Positions 48,361 to 63,360 of a stretch of 64,000 nucleotides of DNA are shown piece after piece. The position numbers and the translations under genes were made by a program. Source of the stretch: Paraspadella gotoi (lineage: Eukaryota > Animalia > Chaetognatha). Where the stretch lies: the NCBI GenBank assembly GCA_051294375.1, contig CM119265.1, positions 14,794,963 to 14,858,962 on the forward strand, read 5' to 3'. The number at the start of each line of letters is the position of its first letter. Position 1 is the stretch's first letter. The notes under the pieces are model-generated. The model saw nothing but the letters and a program-made list of their open reading frames with translations, was not told the DNA's origin and did no database searches.

Positions 48361-48578
48361 TTTTTTTTTTTGTTTGAAGAGAGAGAGAGAGAGGAGAGAG
48401 AGGAGTGAGAGAGAGAGAGAGAGAGAAGGAGAGAGAGAGAAGAGTTATACGGTCATTTATTGTTAAACAAGTAATCCGTGTGGAGGGAAAACAGCCCACG
48501 GGGAAGGCTAGTTTATTTTTGACCTCATAAAAGAACAAATTGAGTTTTTTTTTTTTTAGGGGATCAGTTGTTGTTTAC

Positions 48579-48610
<32 letters not shown>

Positions 48611-48637
48611 GAGGAGAGAGAGAGAGTAGGAGAAGAG

Positions 48638-48668
<31 letters not shown>

Positions 48669-49078
48669 GTGTGTTTATGTTTTGTTTCACGAGAACAGAA
48701 GGTTGATATAAGTTTTGTTGTCGTTTGTGGATGGTAAAATAAACTTAGCCACATTAGCCCTTGCTTCGATCACGGTCCAGCAAAAATGAAAGTTTTTAAA
48801 ATATAGTCACGGATTCCACGATTTAAAATCTAATGTAAGATCCAGAGCGGTGATATTGACAATGTTGTTAACCCTCGGTAACTTAGTAACTTCAAGAGTT
48901 TTTTTTATAAAATTAGTTACTAACACGAAATGGCTCGGTGGTTTCATTTCTTCCCTTCGTATTCCTTCGACTTTTTCGTGTTTTTAATCTTTTGGCCAAA
49001 AGAAAGTTTTTTTTTTTTATTTTGCTCGGGAACTCCGTAATGGTGAACCAAAATTGAATGAGGGGAGACCTCTCGCTC

Positions 49079-49125
<47 letters not shown>

Positions 49126-49214
49126 CTCGGTCTCTCTCGCTCTTTCCTCAATAGGAAGACTTGAGTTGGATTCATCGCGCAGGTGTGATTATCAGTCCAT
49201 GAAAGATGAGAAAA

Positions 49215-49296
<82 letters not shown>

Positions 49297-49449
49297 AGTT
49301 GAATAATGAAAAGAGGATCAGTCTTCAAAGCACTAAAAAAAAATGAGGGAAAAGCTCTCTCTCTCGCTTGGCTTCAGCGGCTGGATATAAAAAGAAGATT
49401 GAAGCTTTTCTAGTCAGACCCACTACCCCTCTACCCCCCCCTACTTCCA

Positions 49450-49920
49450 TCTCTCTATCCCATTTTCGTCTTAAAGCCCCTCTCCTATCTCTCCGCTCAC
49501 TCCATAACTTCCATCTCTTAAGCCCCATTTTACCATTTTCTCATCCTTTCTTCATCTCTTAAGCCCCTTCTCCATCTCTCCATCACTCCATCTTCTATCT
49601 CTTTAAGCCCATTATTCTATCTCTCCATCCATCTGTCATCTCTTAAGCCCTTCTCCCATCTCTCCATCACTCCATCTCTTAAGCCCCATTATTCCATATC
49701 ATCTATCCCATCATCCATCTCTTAAAGCCCCCTTTCTCCCCTCCTCCTCATTCCATCCCTCCATTCTTAAGCCATATTCCATCTCTCCATCCTATCTCCA
49801 TCTCTTAAGCCCATTATTCCATCTCTTCATCCCATCTCCATCTCTAAGCCCCTTCTTTATCTCTCCCTCTCCAGTCACTTCATCCCCTCCACTCATCTTA
49901 AGCCCATTTCCACCATCTCT
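49450..49920. repeat. pyrimidine-rich ~40-bp minisatellite (ccatctcttaagcccc...)
   Basis: about 11 degenerate copies. Confidence 0.8.
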
Positions 49921-52900
49921 TCTTCCCCCCTCCCCGCCCCGCCCGGACACAGCTCTTCAACTCTCGAGCCGGTCGAGACACTTTGGGTTCCGGGAATTCC
50001 GAAGGTCGTTCTGCCCCTGTTGAGGTTGGAAAGGTCAAGAGGTCGATAAGGTCAGAGGTCGAGAGTCAGAGGATCGGGAGGTCAGAGATCGTTGGTCACT
50101 AGATTTGATCTCTTTAACTGAAAAAATAATAACATTTTTTTTATATCGGAGTTTTTGCCTATCGATATTGAGTACATAAAAATGTAGCTAAAAACGATGA
50201 GATCATATTTAGGAGTTTTTGCGTATTTAACAGATAAAATGTAGAAAACTATTATACTACGTAGTATTGTGTATTTAATATAAAAAAAACAAATTAAAGG
50301 GAGGCGATAAAACCTTTGACATTTTGTTTACAGTTTAAATTCGTTTTCATCGAATATTTTGTAGCAGAGTACTGGTGGTTTATTTAAATCTCAGATTCTT
50401 CTAAATCTGATTTACATATTGTTACAATTTCAGAATATTTCTCAATATCGTTTGAATCGGTGTTTAATAAAAATCTTTATTTTACCTTCTACAGATTTTT
50501 TAAATTAAGATTTTCTACTAATGATTTAATTTTAATATACTAATATTATGATATTAATATTTTTTTTACTCTAAGAAGGTTATGAATCAAGTATCCAGTA
50601 TCCAGGCGACATCGTCCAATTAGTCATCGTGACTGTGAATCAGATACGCTAATAATCGTCAAAAGTGAATCTAAATTGGCACGCCTGATATCCGATGGGG
50701 CCTGGTCTACTGGTTAGTGGGGCGGCGGGCCTTTGAAAAGGGGGGCGCCGAAAATGACGGCGCCGGGTTTTAAAGGGCGTCGCCTAGTTCGCGTCCATGG
50801 GCGCCGTTCGAAACCATTTTCACGCCAGGAACTTGAGTCGCGGGTGAATGGATACTTTTCCATCGGAGCGTGAATCTGGAATTCTTCTAGTTTTTTTCTA
50901 CTTTTGCGCAAAGAATAGAGAAGAAATGAGAAGATTAACTTAGGAATTTGTTGGACTGAGTAGTTACATTAAGATGAGATCGCAGGATATTTGAGAGTGA
51001 TCGCGCTCGTGTCATGAAGAATATGTGATGCGCTTGTCAGATGAGGAGATGGTAGATAGAGACAAGAATGTTAGAAAGTAGGCCGCGGACGGTAAAGGAG
51101 ATGAGTTAGATGGGGACGATCAAGGAGAGAGTAGGTGGCGAGAAACTGATATTGGGGGGAAAATATTATGGCTGAGAGCTGAGGGAGAGAATTACGAATA
51201 TTTTAGCAAGGGTGAGACATCGAGAAAGTGAAGAGAGGACCAAGGGGATAGCCGGATATGCAGGTCAGAAAATAGAAACACTATCAGTGGCTGGATTTCA
51301 GTAGGAAAGGATGGAGCAACGCAACCATTAGGTCAGAATCGATGATTGTGAATGCAGGAAAGCGGCCAGACAGTCAAGGGATCTAGTGACAGACGAAAAA
51401 TCGCTCAAGCCAATCCAAAGCGGGTTCGGTTTGCATAGTTGTATGATGCTATGGGAGAGTTGATGGTGTCGCTAATTAGTTAGAGCGGTTAGTATGTGGT
51501 CCCTTAAAGATAGTAATTTGCAGCATTAAATATGGAAGCGCCGGCTGCGAGATGGGAGCGTTTTGGCGGTATGCGTTATCTAGGATGAGGCTGTAAAAAC
51601 AGTATGTCTTTTCTGAGGCGGAGGGAAACAGAAAAAGTCAGTTTTCTTCAGATGAGTTGAATATGCCTGGAGGAATAATAGCTCTTGGCGTTACGAGTAT
51701 GATTAGTACATGTCTTCTGCGACAAAAGTAAGAAATTGTCGTCTATGGAATATGAGGCATACCGAAATCTTACGACCCAGGCCGATGTGCCAGGGGATTA
51801 CAGTATTTGCCTGCTTTTCCGTGAGTATAAAGACACCAACACTGTGGGAATTTTTGTTAATTTATGCGTTCATTTCAAATATGCTATTTAATAGCTAGAT
51901 TAAATATAATAATTGGATGTGCGCTAGTCAGTTTATCGCCGTCGGTAATAATGAAGTAAAAAGAAAATGGACTATGATATAATGGTACCAGACCAAGTAT
52001 ATATTTAACTAGTCCCATTCATTTAATAAACTTATTATTAACCGCCAACTGCTCCATCCCTTTCCTGCACCCCTCACGCCCGTGGCACCATTTTGGCAAT
52101 CCCACGGACTCACTTTCTGTCCGCACTCAGGCCTTGTATTTTCTTTGCCGGATGCTTCGGCAAGCAGGCTCATAACATACGGCTGAGCTTATCCCTATAG
52201 ATCAGATCCAATATGGCCCACTAGAGACAGCCGCAATAGCTTTACAATACTCTAAGACGTGCTCTACAAACAGTCTGCGTTATTCACTTCCCACTCTGCT
52301 ACTCGCTTCTCTCTCTGCAGCTGAAGTGTGTCTATTAATATTTCAAAGAATGAATTATCAATTGTAAATAGAAAAGACCACTCTCCCTTAAGTGATTTAG
52401 ATCGGTAAATACTTATTGTACTCCGGCACTAGCATCTCAAAGATACAAGTGCTGAATGAATTTTATTGGAAATTGGGTACAACCAATAGTAAAAACAAGA
52501 TTATCATTATTTATAATATAGCTATCCTTGCCCTGAATCATTTTGGATGCAGCGCTTTGCTGGTTTTAGGCCTCCTTATACACTCTTACTGAAAGGGATA
52601 ATTGATTATGGCACAGTGCCCTCGCAAGCTTTTCCTCCATTTCCTCAGGAGTTGTGCATCACTGAGTGTACTCGTTTATTCATCGCCCAGAGTTATTAAG
52701 TGGCTTCCCTTCTATCAATGGAGCGAGTGTGGATAAGTAGTTAACAAATTATTTTGTATTCAAAGCAGATGGTTTACAATGTATGCTTTATTCTTGCAGA
52801 TGCGCAAAAAGTAAAATTAACATACTTAACATTATTATGATGGACAATGCTTTGCTATAAATGAAGTAAATCAAAAGTTGAGCGGCCATAAAAAACATAT

Positions 52901-55900
52901 AAGTCGCAGCCATGAGAATATGCTAATTTAAGTGGTTGGTATAAGTTGTATGGGTGAAAGTACGTGATTTAATTAAATACAATTAAACAAAATCATACTT
53001 ATTTGATCATTTAAAGGAGAGTTTGATGTTTGGAGGATGTATCTCAGCGCGATACTCACATCGATGTCAATTTTATTTCCATACCCAGCAGCCGACAGAA
53101 CTTAAGCACATGCTTTGCTCTGTATTTATTTGAAATTTTAGATACTTTACCGGTCTTTTTGACCGACAGTGAACTGAGATGTTTTTTCTTCTTTTGATGG
53201 TTAATTGTTTTTTGCATCATAATGGGCCGGCTTCAAATCTTGGTTGTTACCACTTACATTCTGCTTGTTTCTTTTTTTCTGAATTGTCCCGATGATTTTT
53301 TTATTACTTGTTGTTTTAAACATTTTTCAGACGCTCTTTTTTTTCTTTTGTTCGGTACATTTTTTTTGCTCTCATTTTCGCCAATTTAACTTTCTGATTC
53401 TTGAAACATCTTCTTTTCTGATATCCGCTATTGTGTATCGACTTTTTATTAGCAAAACTAAAGAAATGAAAGAAATGACAAAATCAACTCTCTAATGCGT
53501 ATTTATTAGAAACCAGCTAATGGTTTTAATTTTTTATAATATATTTAAACAGAACAATAATTTCGACATGTCAAACAGTATATTATGACAAAATGTAGGA
53601 GGCGAAAGTTCGAAACGTTTTCATATGATATGTTTAATAAGTTCTAATACGAACTTCCTTCTTACCAATTGATAATAACCCGAGGGCGTTGAGTCATGTG
53701 GGGGAGTTTTAAAGTCTTGTTTAGCACTACTATTCGTCCTCTTGTATTGTATATTCTGTAAGCTGTTATTTGGTAGATAGCATGGAGAAGTGTAAGTTGG
53801 GTCACGGCCGTGCAGAGTGCTCGACGATCTCCTTTTGTTTTTAATAGTGAGAACTGGAGGATTAACGCGGCGTAGAGAAAAAGAGAAAAAAAAAAATACC
53901 ACAAATCGGCTTAAACTGTAATAGATGGTGTAGAAAAGACTAATGAGAATTGGTTCATAAGGGGTGCGTGAGGAGGGAAAAAATTGATGGAGCATTATGA
54001 TATAATGGGCAACCGATCGTGGGACGGAACGAAATAGGAGAAAGAAATGTGCGAGAGGGGCTGAAAGATAGCAAAATATACTGCCACAGCTTCACCATCG
54101 CAGCTTCCACCTGCGAGTCTGCTTTCGTTATTTCTATTTTAATATTTTTATATTTTTACTATATTACATCTTTTATAATTTTGTTTTTGAGGAAATCGTA
54201 ATATGTTTACATCTACTCACTTCTTACGACTTTCATGTATTAAATTATTATTTTGATTTATTTTTCTTTTTCTCCCTCTGTTCGTATTCTCAGCTTTCCC
54301 TTCGTGAACGCGTTCAGACGACATCTCTCGGGTCGTAACAGGCGTGTGACAAGCCGGCGTCACGTCTCATTTAACTCGTTGAAGCAGAGCGTGCACAACG
54401 AGAGACCTTGTGACAGGCGTGTCGGAAAGCAGTAGGACAGTGACTGGACAACGCAGAAGCCGCCTATGACAACAGATACTGGCCATACTCAAAAAAAATG
54501 AAAAGCTACGAGCTTTCTGACTCGATTGATGGATATAAGGTTCGATTGGTCAAAAAGACTCCTAGGAACGAATCCGGCGTCAATGTTGATTGGAAGAGCA
54601 TTACGCTGACAGCATACTGACGAGATAATCGACGTCCTTAGGTTAGGAGGCTATTCTGCTGTTCAATAGATAAAAGTTGTGTGTACGGTGGTGAGAGCGA
54701 TAATAGGGTGGGCATTCGCTCAGGTTCACAAGACCTCCAGATTATGAACGATAGAGATCAATGCGGTAACCTGCCAGAAATACTGATTCATCCTCCTTCA
54801 TGACAATTGAATCGTAACTGCGTGAAAGAGAAGATCGTGCAAGAAGCTTATTAAATCATCTCATGAGTGAAGATAAAACAATTTATACCATTATACTGCC
54901 GTTGAAAATCTAATCATTTTTGTGAATAAGTACAAAGTTATTAAATACACTCTATGACGAAAAGTTGTAAAATAAAATGAGAATAATCTTTTATCATCTG
55001 ATTAATCGATAGACTTTAGCAATTTCATTTTAACGGACTTTCCCACTGCGTCTCATATGCCCAAGAATCTATATCCCCTCTACCAGCTTCCTAAATCTCC
55101 CCGCCACGATCTTATCTTCTCAACGCATCTTAAGATCTTCCCACTGCTTGCGTATGTTATCCACCGTTATCCACCCCACGGCTCTAATCTTTCCATATTA
55201 ATCCAACTCACCCTGTATATCCCCCAGTCTCTAATCTTCTCTTCGTCCTCAATCGTCCCACTCTCTATTATCTCCACGCATTAATCTACTCCCTCACTCT
55301 TCCAAATCCCCCACCGCACTAATCTTCCACGGCTATATTTACTCAACTCTTTAATTTACATCACTCTCTATATCTCCCCACTCTCCTAATCTCCTACAAC
55401 TTTCTAACTCCTACACACTCAATCTTACTCTTTAATTCCCCCAGCACTAATCTCCCAGCGCTTTCCTATTTCTCGATCTTTTAATCTCTCTCTACTCGTT
55501 CTAATTCTCCCATCTCTCTATCCCCACTTCTATCTCTCTCTCCTCAACTCTCTATTCCCCTAACCATACTAATCTCTCAGCTGCCCCTATTCCCTCATCG
55601 CTTCTAATATCCCCTCCACCCTCTGGGAATCTTCCCCGCCTCTCAGGTCGTGCCTCACCTGTCGACGGGGATGGACGGACGAAAGAGCGGAATATGAAAG
55701 GACACGCCCATCGGCTCCGGTCCTTACGGTACATTTCTCGCGCGTTTCAGTCTAGGAGGAAAAGTGACTCGACTCTTTTTCAATGGGACCGTCGCCGCTC
55801 ATATCTCCTCTTTGCACACGTCATTCGGACAAAGAGAGTGTGAGGTGTGGCTGCGGAACTGCCCCTAAATGAAGACTGATGAGGGAATTCTCAGAGGCGA

Positions 55901-58900
55901 TAGCAAGTCTGATCGAGGGTCATGCATATATAGGTATTTTCTATGACGTCGCCCGTGCATTTGTTAATTCCAACCGTGTTGTTTTTTTCTGCAAAATTAT
56001 ATTTTTAAATATTTATTTCGACGGATTAAAATATATTGCCTTCTCAGGTCCTGATTAGAACCAACCGAAATCATTAATGCGATTAATGGATTAATTTTAT
56101 TTACTTTTCCTTTTTTTTTTTTTTAGCATGCGAGGAATTCTTATTTTGCGTTGTTGTGTTTTGATGTTATCTAGTATAAGTTAGTACATGACCTTAACTA
56201 AAGGAAAAAACAGTATGGAGTACATCGCTTAAAATTATTTTTTTTCAAATTTTAAATTTTGAACAGTAAACAGCGCGCATCTTACTGTGATGTAGTATTT
56301 AGAGATTAGAGACGATTTTCGCGTCGGGACGTTGACCATGATGACTAGCTAGTATTTAACTCCTATCTTCTTCGCGCCAACTTTATTTTCTAATTAAATT
56401 TAGCGACATCGATGATTTCGAAAGGGCAATCTTTCAAATACAAACAAAGAAATTAATGTCATAGTGATTGTAAAATTTAGTATAAAGGCTTCGTGTATAC
56501 AAATTTTGGCACAACACTCTTTTCAATACGTATAAATCGTGATCGATGAAATTTAAAAAAGCTTAAAAACAATCAATCATTTACATTCTTCCAAAATATA
56601 CTTTCGATAGGCTCTCTTTGCTGATTTTTATAGAGCAACTCTTCATACTGTCAGCATCGTTAGCGAACGACGCCAGCCACGAAAGAGACGACACAAGTAA
56701 CACACAAACGTAGACCCGCTATAACTTCCAATCTGCTGAGGCGTCCCAGACGTTGTACGAAATCTCTCTCGTGCGTCTGCTATTCGCGATCGGAGCTTGA
56801 TCCTTGCATTCAATTGGCGCCGTCATTTCCCTTCGCGAATTTTTGAGTGAATTCTGGCACTTATCGGATGCAATTTTGCATATCCCCCCCCACCACGCAT
56901 TTAAGCCGATACACGCGAAAATACTAGCGATAAGTCATTTTTTTACGTCTTTCGGGGCATGCGAATTCGATATAGTAAATTGGCTGCTCTTTTCCGAGAG
57001 TACCCCCTCTAGAAACTTGTGGAGGCGTGGTACTAGAGTTAAGAACAGCTTGCGGAAAGAGAGCGGCTCAGAAATACGTGCGAGAAGAGGCGGCTAGGCG
57101 ATAATTCTTTTCAAACGTCGTCGAGAAAAATCTGTGTGTCGGAACATATTTTTTTTTTAAACATGGATGAATTTTAATTTAACGAGTACCTTAATATTGT
57201 TAAAACATTTGTCTCCGAATAGGTGAACTCCAAAGAAGCGGAATTGTAAAATTTAATAGAATTCTATTAGACTTACGTATTAGTGGTAATAGAGAAAAAA
57301 AGAAAGGTGAACTTATTTTGCTTTGTAGAACGTAAAATGCGCATTCCTTTTTGGTTCCAAGCATGATGTTTAAAGGCAGACTAGTGAACATCAATAAACC
57401 AATCATTCGAAGCAATCACAGATATAGACTCGGGGTAAAACGGAAAGTGGGATTTAAAGACAGACAAAGCCGACTTGAATAGATCCTTGGCTCGTACCAA
57501 GTTGTTTATGATGTTTCCTCTCCTTCGCCTATCTGGCGCGTCTTGTATTTGGGTTGGATTGCCCGGCGATGATGTCCAGGCATCTTGAGATGTGCGCTTC
57601 TCGCGGTGTTGATTGTTTAGTTTCTCTTACGTCCTGATGCGGTGTGATTGATTGGCTAGTGACCTACTTTTTTTACTGTTGTCGTGGTCTCTCGGCTGTC
57701 GCGATGCTTCTCGTCGCTGGGGGTTTGTATATGGATGCTTTCGCTTCGGTGGGTTATGGAGTGTCGTTTTGAGGGGGCTGGTTGGGTGTTTGTGGGGGGC
57801 GTGGGGTGGCTTCTTCTGCGAGTGGGGCGTGCTAAGGGGAATCTGCTGGACGGGCCGGCCCTGTTGTGGTGTGGACTCTTCTTGTGGTTTTAAAGGTGAT
57901 GGAAGTGTTGTTGGGTGAGCAGTGGTATGGGCTGGGAGTATGGCGATTTGGTAAGTTCGAATTTTTCCTTTCGTTCGGCGCTCCTGGCTCGCAGTGATTA
58001 GTTGTCGTTGTTCACTTACCTTCTGGGGTGATAATCTGTGTTGGCCCACGACGGTCCAGCATTTTGAAAGCCAAATACGTTACACGAAAAGGAGTGGATG
58101 TGTACTGCGGAAATTACAAGTGGTGGTTATAAAATTTGTATTGATTTTTTAGCACTATACATGAAAAAAAAGTCGATTGAAAATGGGCAAAAGATAAGAA
58201 TGTTTACAATACTTTACAATATTGGGTAGAGCAAAGAGAAAAGGGAAACTGAAGTAAGTTATGCACATATTATAGGTTTTTAAAAGACAAACACAAACAA
58301 AAGTAAATGGCTGATATTTTTGATTTCAGGACATTACCATTGTTACAATACCAAAACAAGAACAAAAACCAACTTCATGCGCGTGATTATAAGTCAATGC
58401 CGCCTTTACACAATATATTCTTTAATCGTCTAATAATTTTCTGCTGGTTAACATTTTATCGTCTTTCCTAAACGCAAACTTTATGCTTCCTAAACTAAGG
58501 TTTTTTTGTCATTTGTGTTGTCTTCAAAGTTTACTGGGCTTTTTTTTTTTTCCCCGACTTTTAACCTCTCCGAAACGTAGAAACCTGGGGAAATGATTTT
58601 TTTTTCCTCCCACGAATTTTTTCCGCCCCTTTATTCGTTTTCCGTCATCTTATTTCTCATAATTTTAACCCTTTGAGCCATAATTATTTTTTTTTAAAAA
58701 CCGATTAATTAAGTTTTATCCGTATTCGATGTGTTATTTTTTTTTTTTTTAGGTTTAATCCTCCATTTTTTAAAAATAAAAGGAGGGCTGAGATAATTTT
58801 TGGCCCCTTTTTCTTTGTGCTTTGTGGGGGCTGCAAACTTATTTTCCTCTCTCTACCTTCGTTAATCCACGAGCGAATTATGTTTTACTAGTCCTTAAAC

Positions 58901-61900
58901 CTCGCGCCCCCACATATCTCAACGCCTGTGGTTATTATCAAGTTGGGTAGAAGAGAAACTTGTTTAAACTTATTAAACATTCAGATTAAACGTTTTCGCT
59001 TTCTCTCATTTCGTGTCCGCTTTGTTAATATTCGTTTTTTGTTTGTTTTTTTTGAATTTGGCTTTTCAATTTGTTGTTCGAATTTGTTTCCGAATCGGCT
59101 GAGGAAAAAAGCAAAAATTTGTTGACGCTTTCATAAGAGTCCCTTTTTAATAACGCCAAACTGCTTAAGTGTGGGCGAGAAATAAAGATTGAATACCTCC
59201 ATTCACTCTTACAAGATATTAACTTTACATAACATAATCAGGAACCCTGTTAAGACCTTCAATTATCAGACTCCTCCGCTCTCCCTGTCAATTGTATGTC
59301 ACGCTCGTTATCATTTCACTCACGGTGAGTATGGACTCACCTTCTCACGCAAATTTCGGCCTTTCCCTTAACCCTTTACCCCGACTTTTTATTTCAGGCA
59401 ATAGACGAAACAAGCTCGTCGTAGAAACGAAGGGAAGAAATTCTCGAAATTTCGTTCTCTTTTTGGGTTAACGGAGAGGAATTCACGGATTGGCCTCTTG
59501 AAGCCGGAAGATCTTAAGCGGTCGGGTGTGAGATGTGATTTCGGTCGGTGTAGTGGCTTTGGGGGTTAGTATGGGTGGAAGGTGGTGAGGACGTGGGCCA
59601 TGTTAAGACAGAGCCAGTTGGTGGTGATTAGCAAGACTGGATTGTGACTTCAGGGAAGTACTGGATGGTGAGGCGGGTTTTCTGTCGAATTGGCATGTTT
59701 TGGATACAGGATTCAACGAGTCCAGTGTGAGTTTTAGTGACATTATTTTGCTTTCTGGGCTGGTGTTTACTCTCTCGTCTCTCTCTCTTTGTCTATCGTC
59801 TCGTGTCTCTCTCTCTTGCCTTTTCATTCTTTCACGCAATAACTCTTTTACTCACTTTCTACTCCCTAGTTCGCTGCTCTTTCTCTGTCTCGCATTTTTT
59901 CTGTCTCACGTCCCTCCCTATCGTATTTTTCCCACCAGTCTTCTGCCTTACTCTTTTCTCTCTATCTCTCTGCTACCCTCTCAGTCTCTCTCTCTCAGTA
60001 AGCGCTTTTCTTAACGCCGCCGCTGACCTAGATATCATGCCGATGATGCTTTATCGCAAATAATAACAGAATCATGTAAGTTTTCTTTTTTCTTATTGTC
60101 AAAATATAAAAACTTTTCTCGTACGCGTACTAAAATATAAAATATACCATAGATGATTTGGTGCACAATCAAGTCCCGCCCCCCATCCGCAGATAGCCTC
60201 TTGACCGGTATCCGTAGCAAACCAAGCCCACTCCCAGTCCAGGTGTTCCTGTCTGTAAGCCAATCTCTCTACTCCATGCTTAAACGATGGTTCTATCCAG
60301 GTCTCGATCTTCCTCATATTCACTATTGGGCTTAACCTCTAAGAGCTAATTTATGACGTGATTCGCCCATTATATGCAGTGGGCGTTCTTCCTTGACTGT
60401 ACATATCCAGGACAACGTTAGAACTGGTACACCTCCTTTGTGCAGCTATCTCCACCTAGAATTGTAGCCCGCTACACCTCTATAAGTCCTCCCAGAACCA
60501 CGGAATTCTGTCCGTTCGGGCCCATCTAAGAATTGCCAGCACATTGACCGCGTACTGCCCACAAAGACTCACTCGCCTTCAATCTAGTCCCACTACTCTA
60601 TCTGGTGGCCACTCGCCTTCTCCCAAACCTGTAGAGGTAACTCCCATCGTTCAGCGTCTCCGTCACTCGTACGTCTATCCTCACCAACCTATAGACACCG
60701 ACTCGTGCTGCATTCTGTACCGTCATGCCCGTCCTTTCTCTTCCGCCTCACACAAACAAAAAAAGCAGATCTAACTTTGCTCCTTACGACGTCTTTAGCA
60801 CCATGTGTATCGCAATGATATATGGCCCAGCTAATAGATCCAACCAATTAGTAACAAACTTGCTATGTCTTAGCCATTCTCCATACCTCTCAGCATTCCA
60901 CAATACGCCAAATCACATACAAAACATAAACCCGCCAGCCCACTGCTCAAAAAGTAACTTCCCCTGTCGACTCTGATAGTATTCCTAAAATTACTTGTGA
61001 CGTTTGTGTCCTTCCTTTTCGAGATGAATATACACCTTTCAATGAGGAAGAGACCACGCCCGATATTTCTGCTGATGCAGTTCCATACCGATTTACCCGA
61101 CCACAATCTTGGGTTTTACCTCCTCACTCAAAAATGATCTTTTTATTACAAGCCCCCATCGTATATCATACACCAATTGTTTTCTTTACCTCAGTAGCCA
61201 CAATCTTCAAAGATCATTCTGTTGCCCGTACAGGCCCCAAAAATAAAACCCCACTAGATCCTGGAACTTAAAAAACCCTTATATACAACTACTAGTCTTC
61301 CTCAATTGCCTCCATGCCTCCGTCGCACAAGGCCGTTCCAGCATCAGTGCCCGGAGCCAAACAATCTGCGAGTTATACCTAGAATCAACGATGACAGCCG
61401 AAGCATTCCCGAGCCCATTTTGAAACAACACCATAACATAGCCCTCCCAGTTAGCCCCATCTTCTCGGGCCCATTTCTTCCGCACATTGATGAGCACATG
61501 CTGCAGGCCCTTTAGCCACCCGGATTTCTGACGACTCGCCACCAGTGGTCAAGACACATTGGTTCCGGTACAAACAACCAAAAATATTACAAACTTATTT
61601 TATTGATACCACAACATTCGATTGTCAAGCCTTTGGAACCGAATCAGCCGGCACGCAGGCAGCCCGGCCCAGCCCATCAGGATCCACCGCGAGGGACTGG
61701 CGTTCCCGGCGCATAGTCAAAACACAATGTCGCCGCGTGCTTTGGAATCCACCGTTCTTTTCCACTTCAATGCTCCGAACTCTGACAGACAGCAGCGGGT
61801 GGGTGCCTACCACATTTATTCTGCGTGTGGCTTTGGTCAATATTTCCACTGTTTCATTGGTGCGTTTTTGCATATTCACTCTTGCCGTTATTCCTCCAAC

Positions 61901-61914
61901 CCGGCTTCAGCTCT

Positions 61915-63360
61915 TCTTTCTCCTCTCCTCTCTTCCCTCCTCCTTCTCTCTCTCCTCCTCTACTCTCTTCTCCTCCCTCCTTCTCAAAAGTCGCTCCCGA
62001 ACTCGCGGCTCAGTTCATTGCACACTAAAAAGGTTGAGAACGTAACAGTCCTCTTCAGGCGCCGAGTGTTTTTCTTTTTTTTCCGTCTAGTTCGACTCCG
62101 ACCGGCATTTCTTTCTTTTGTTTTGAAGAAGAAAACGAGTAAACTTAACGCGATTTTTATTGTTTCTTCCGCGTAAACAGACTAACAAATTATAATGTTT
62201 GAATCCGACAAGAAGAGAGAAAAAAATAATATAAACTCCGCACTTCTGTCGGACTTTCCTCCGTTTCGACTTTAAGTTGCGCGCGGGTGCGTTTTTGTAC
62301 TACTACCATCGACTGGACGATTGGCGACGACGACACGACGACGACGACTGACCGCACGGACGAAGCTCGTCGTATTCTTCGAAGAGATTTTTCTCCTAGT
62401 TTTTTTCTTCGTCTTTTGGTTCACAGTTTCTCATTCCATGATCCATCTTTTATCCATCTCTCTCTCTCTCTCATCGTTCATCTCTCTCTCCTCCTCTCTC
62501 TCCTCTTCTTCTCTCTTCCTCTCTGTCCTCTCTCCTCTTCTCTCTCCTCTCCTCCCTTTTTTTTCACATGGCATCTTTTCGCTCCAGGACTGAAATCTCA
62601 TAGCCTCCATTTGCGCCGCTTTCCCCTTCATCGCCTTTATTTCATCCTTCGTTCCGTCTCGTCCGTCGTCGTCGTCGTCGTCTCGTCTGTTCATCGTCGA
62701 CATCATTCGTCTTCCGCCTTCATACTTCTTCTTCGTCTCCGCCCCTGGCCGCGCCCGGGGTTGGGCGGGGGCCTAGCTTTGACATCATCGTCTCGACTCT
62801 GCGTTGCCGTCTTCGTCTCTGACCGAATCCTCGGAATCGAAAACGTTCGTTCACGCCGGTCGGCATCTCCGAGACCACGATTAATTTTTATTCCAGAGTT
62901 GTCGCCATTGCTCGCCTTAACATAGTATATTCAGTTAGCGACGACAACGAAAACAACAACGACGACGACGAAACTTCAAAAATGATCTCACAATTTGGAT
63001 CCAAGACCGGTTCGAGTTAAAAAGTCGTCCGCCAGAGCGAGCATTCTTTCTTTATCTCTTTCGTAGGCAATTCCCCGTCAGCTCAATCCTTGCCTCACCT
63101 TTCCTCACGAACCCACCTTCCTCCAAGGCCCGACCCGATGCTCCCTTCCGACTCTCCCTCTTTCCATCTTCCAAATCATCTCTCTTTTTTTTTCGTTGGA
63201 TTCATTTCGTTCCACAGAGACTCAACTCGTCCGCTTTCATCTCCTTTTCATCTCTTCTTCTCGACTCATCTCATCTCCATTCATCTGGTTTCGTCTTATT
63301 TCATCCTTTTTTGTCGAGGAAATTTCCCAGGTGGTGGCGGAAAAGGGGAGGGCGGGGGGT
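61915..63360 (+). repeat. noisy second copy of 45070-46432
   Basis: Same sequence with scattered indels and a GC-rich insert at ~62740-62778. Confidence 0.88.

Noticed and set aside
55870-55900. CTGATGA followed by a short hairpin (also CTGATGAGAAAC at ~42377)
   Set aside because: No complete hammerhead core with stems I-III
50500-61900. Short ORFs and compositional patches
   Set aside because: No motifs; pattern fits low-accuracy sequence
62740-62778. GC-rich insert in the duplicated segment
   Set aside because: No TSD or termini; probably read noise, and the duplication may be an uncollapsed haplotype
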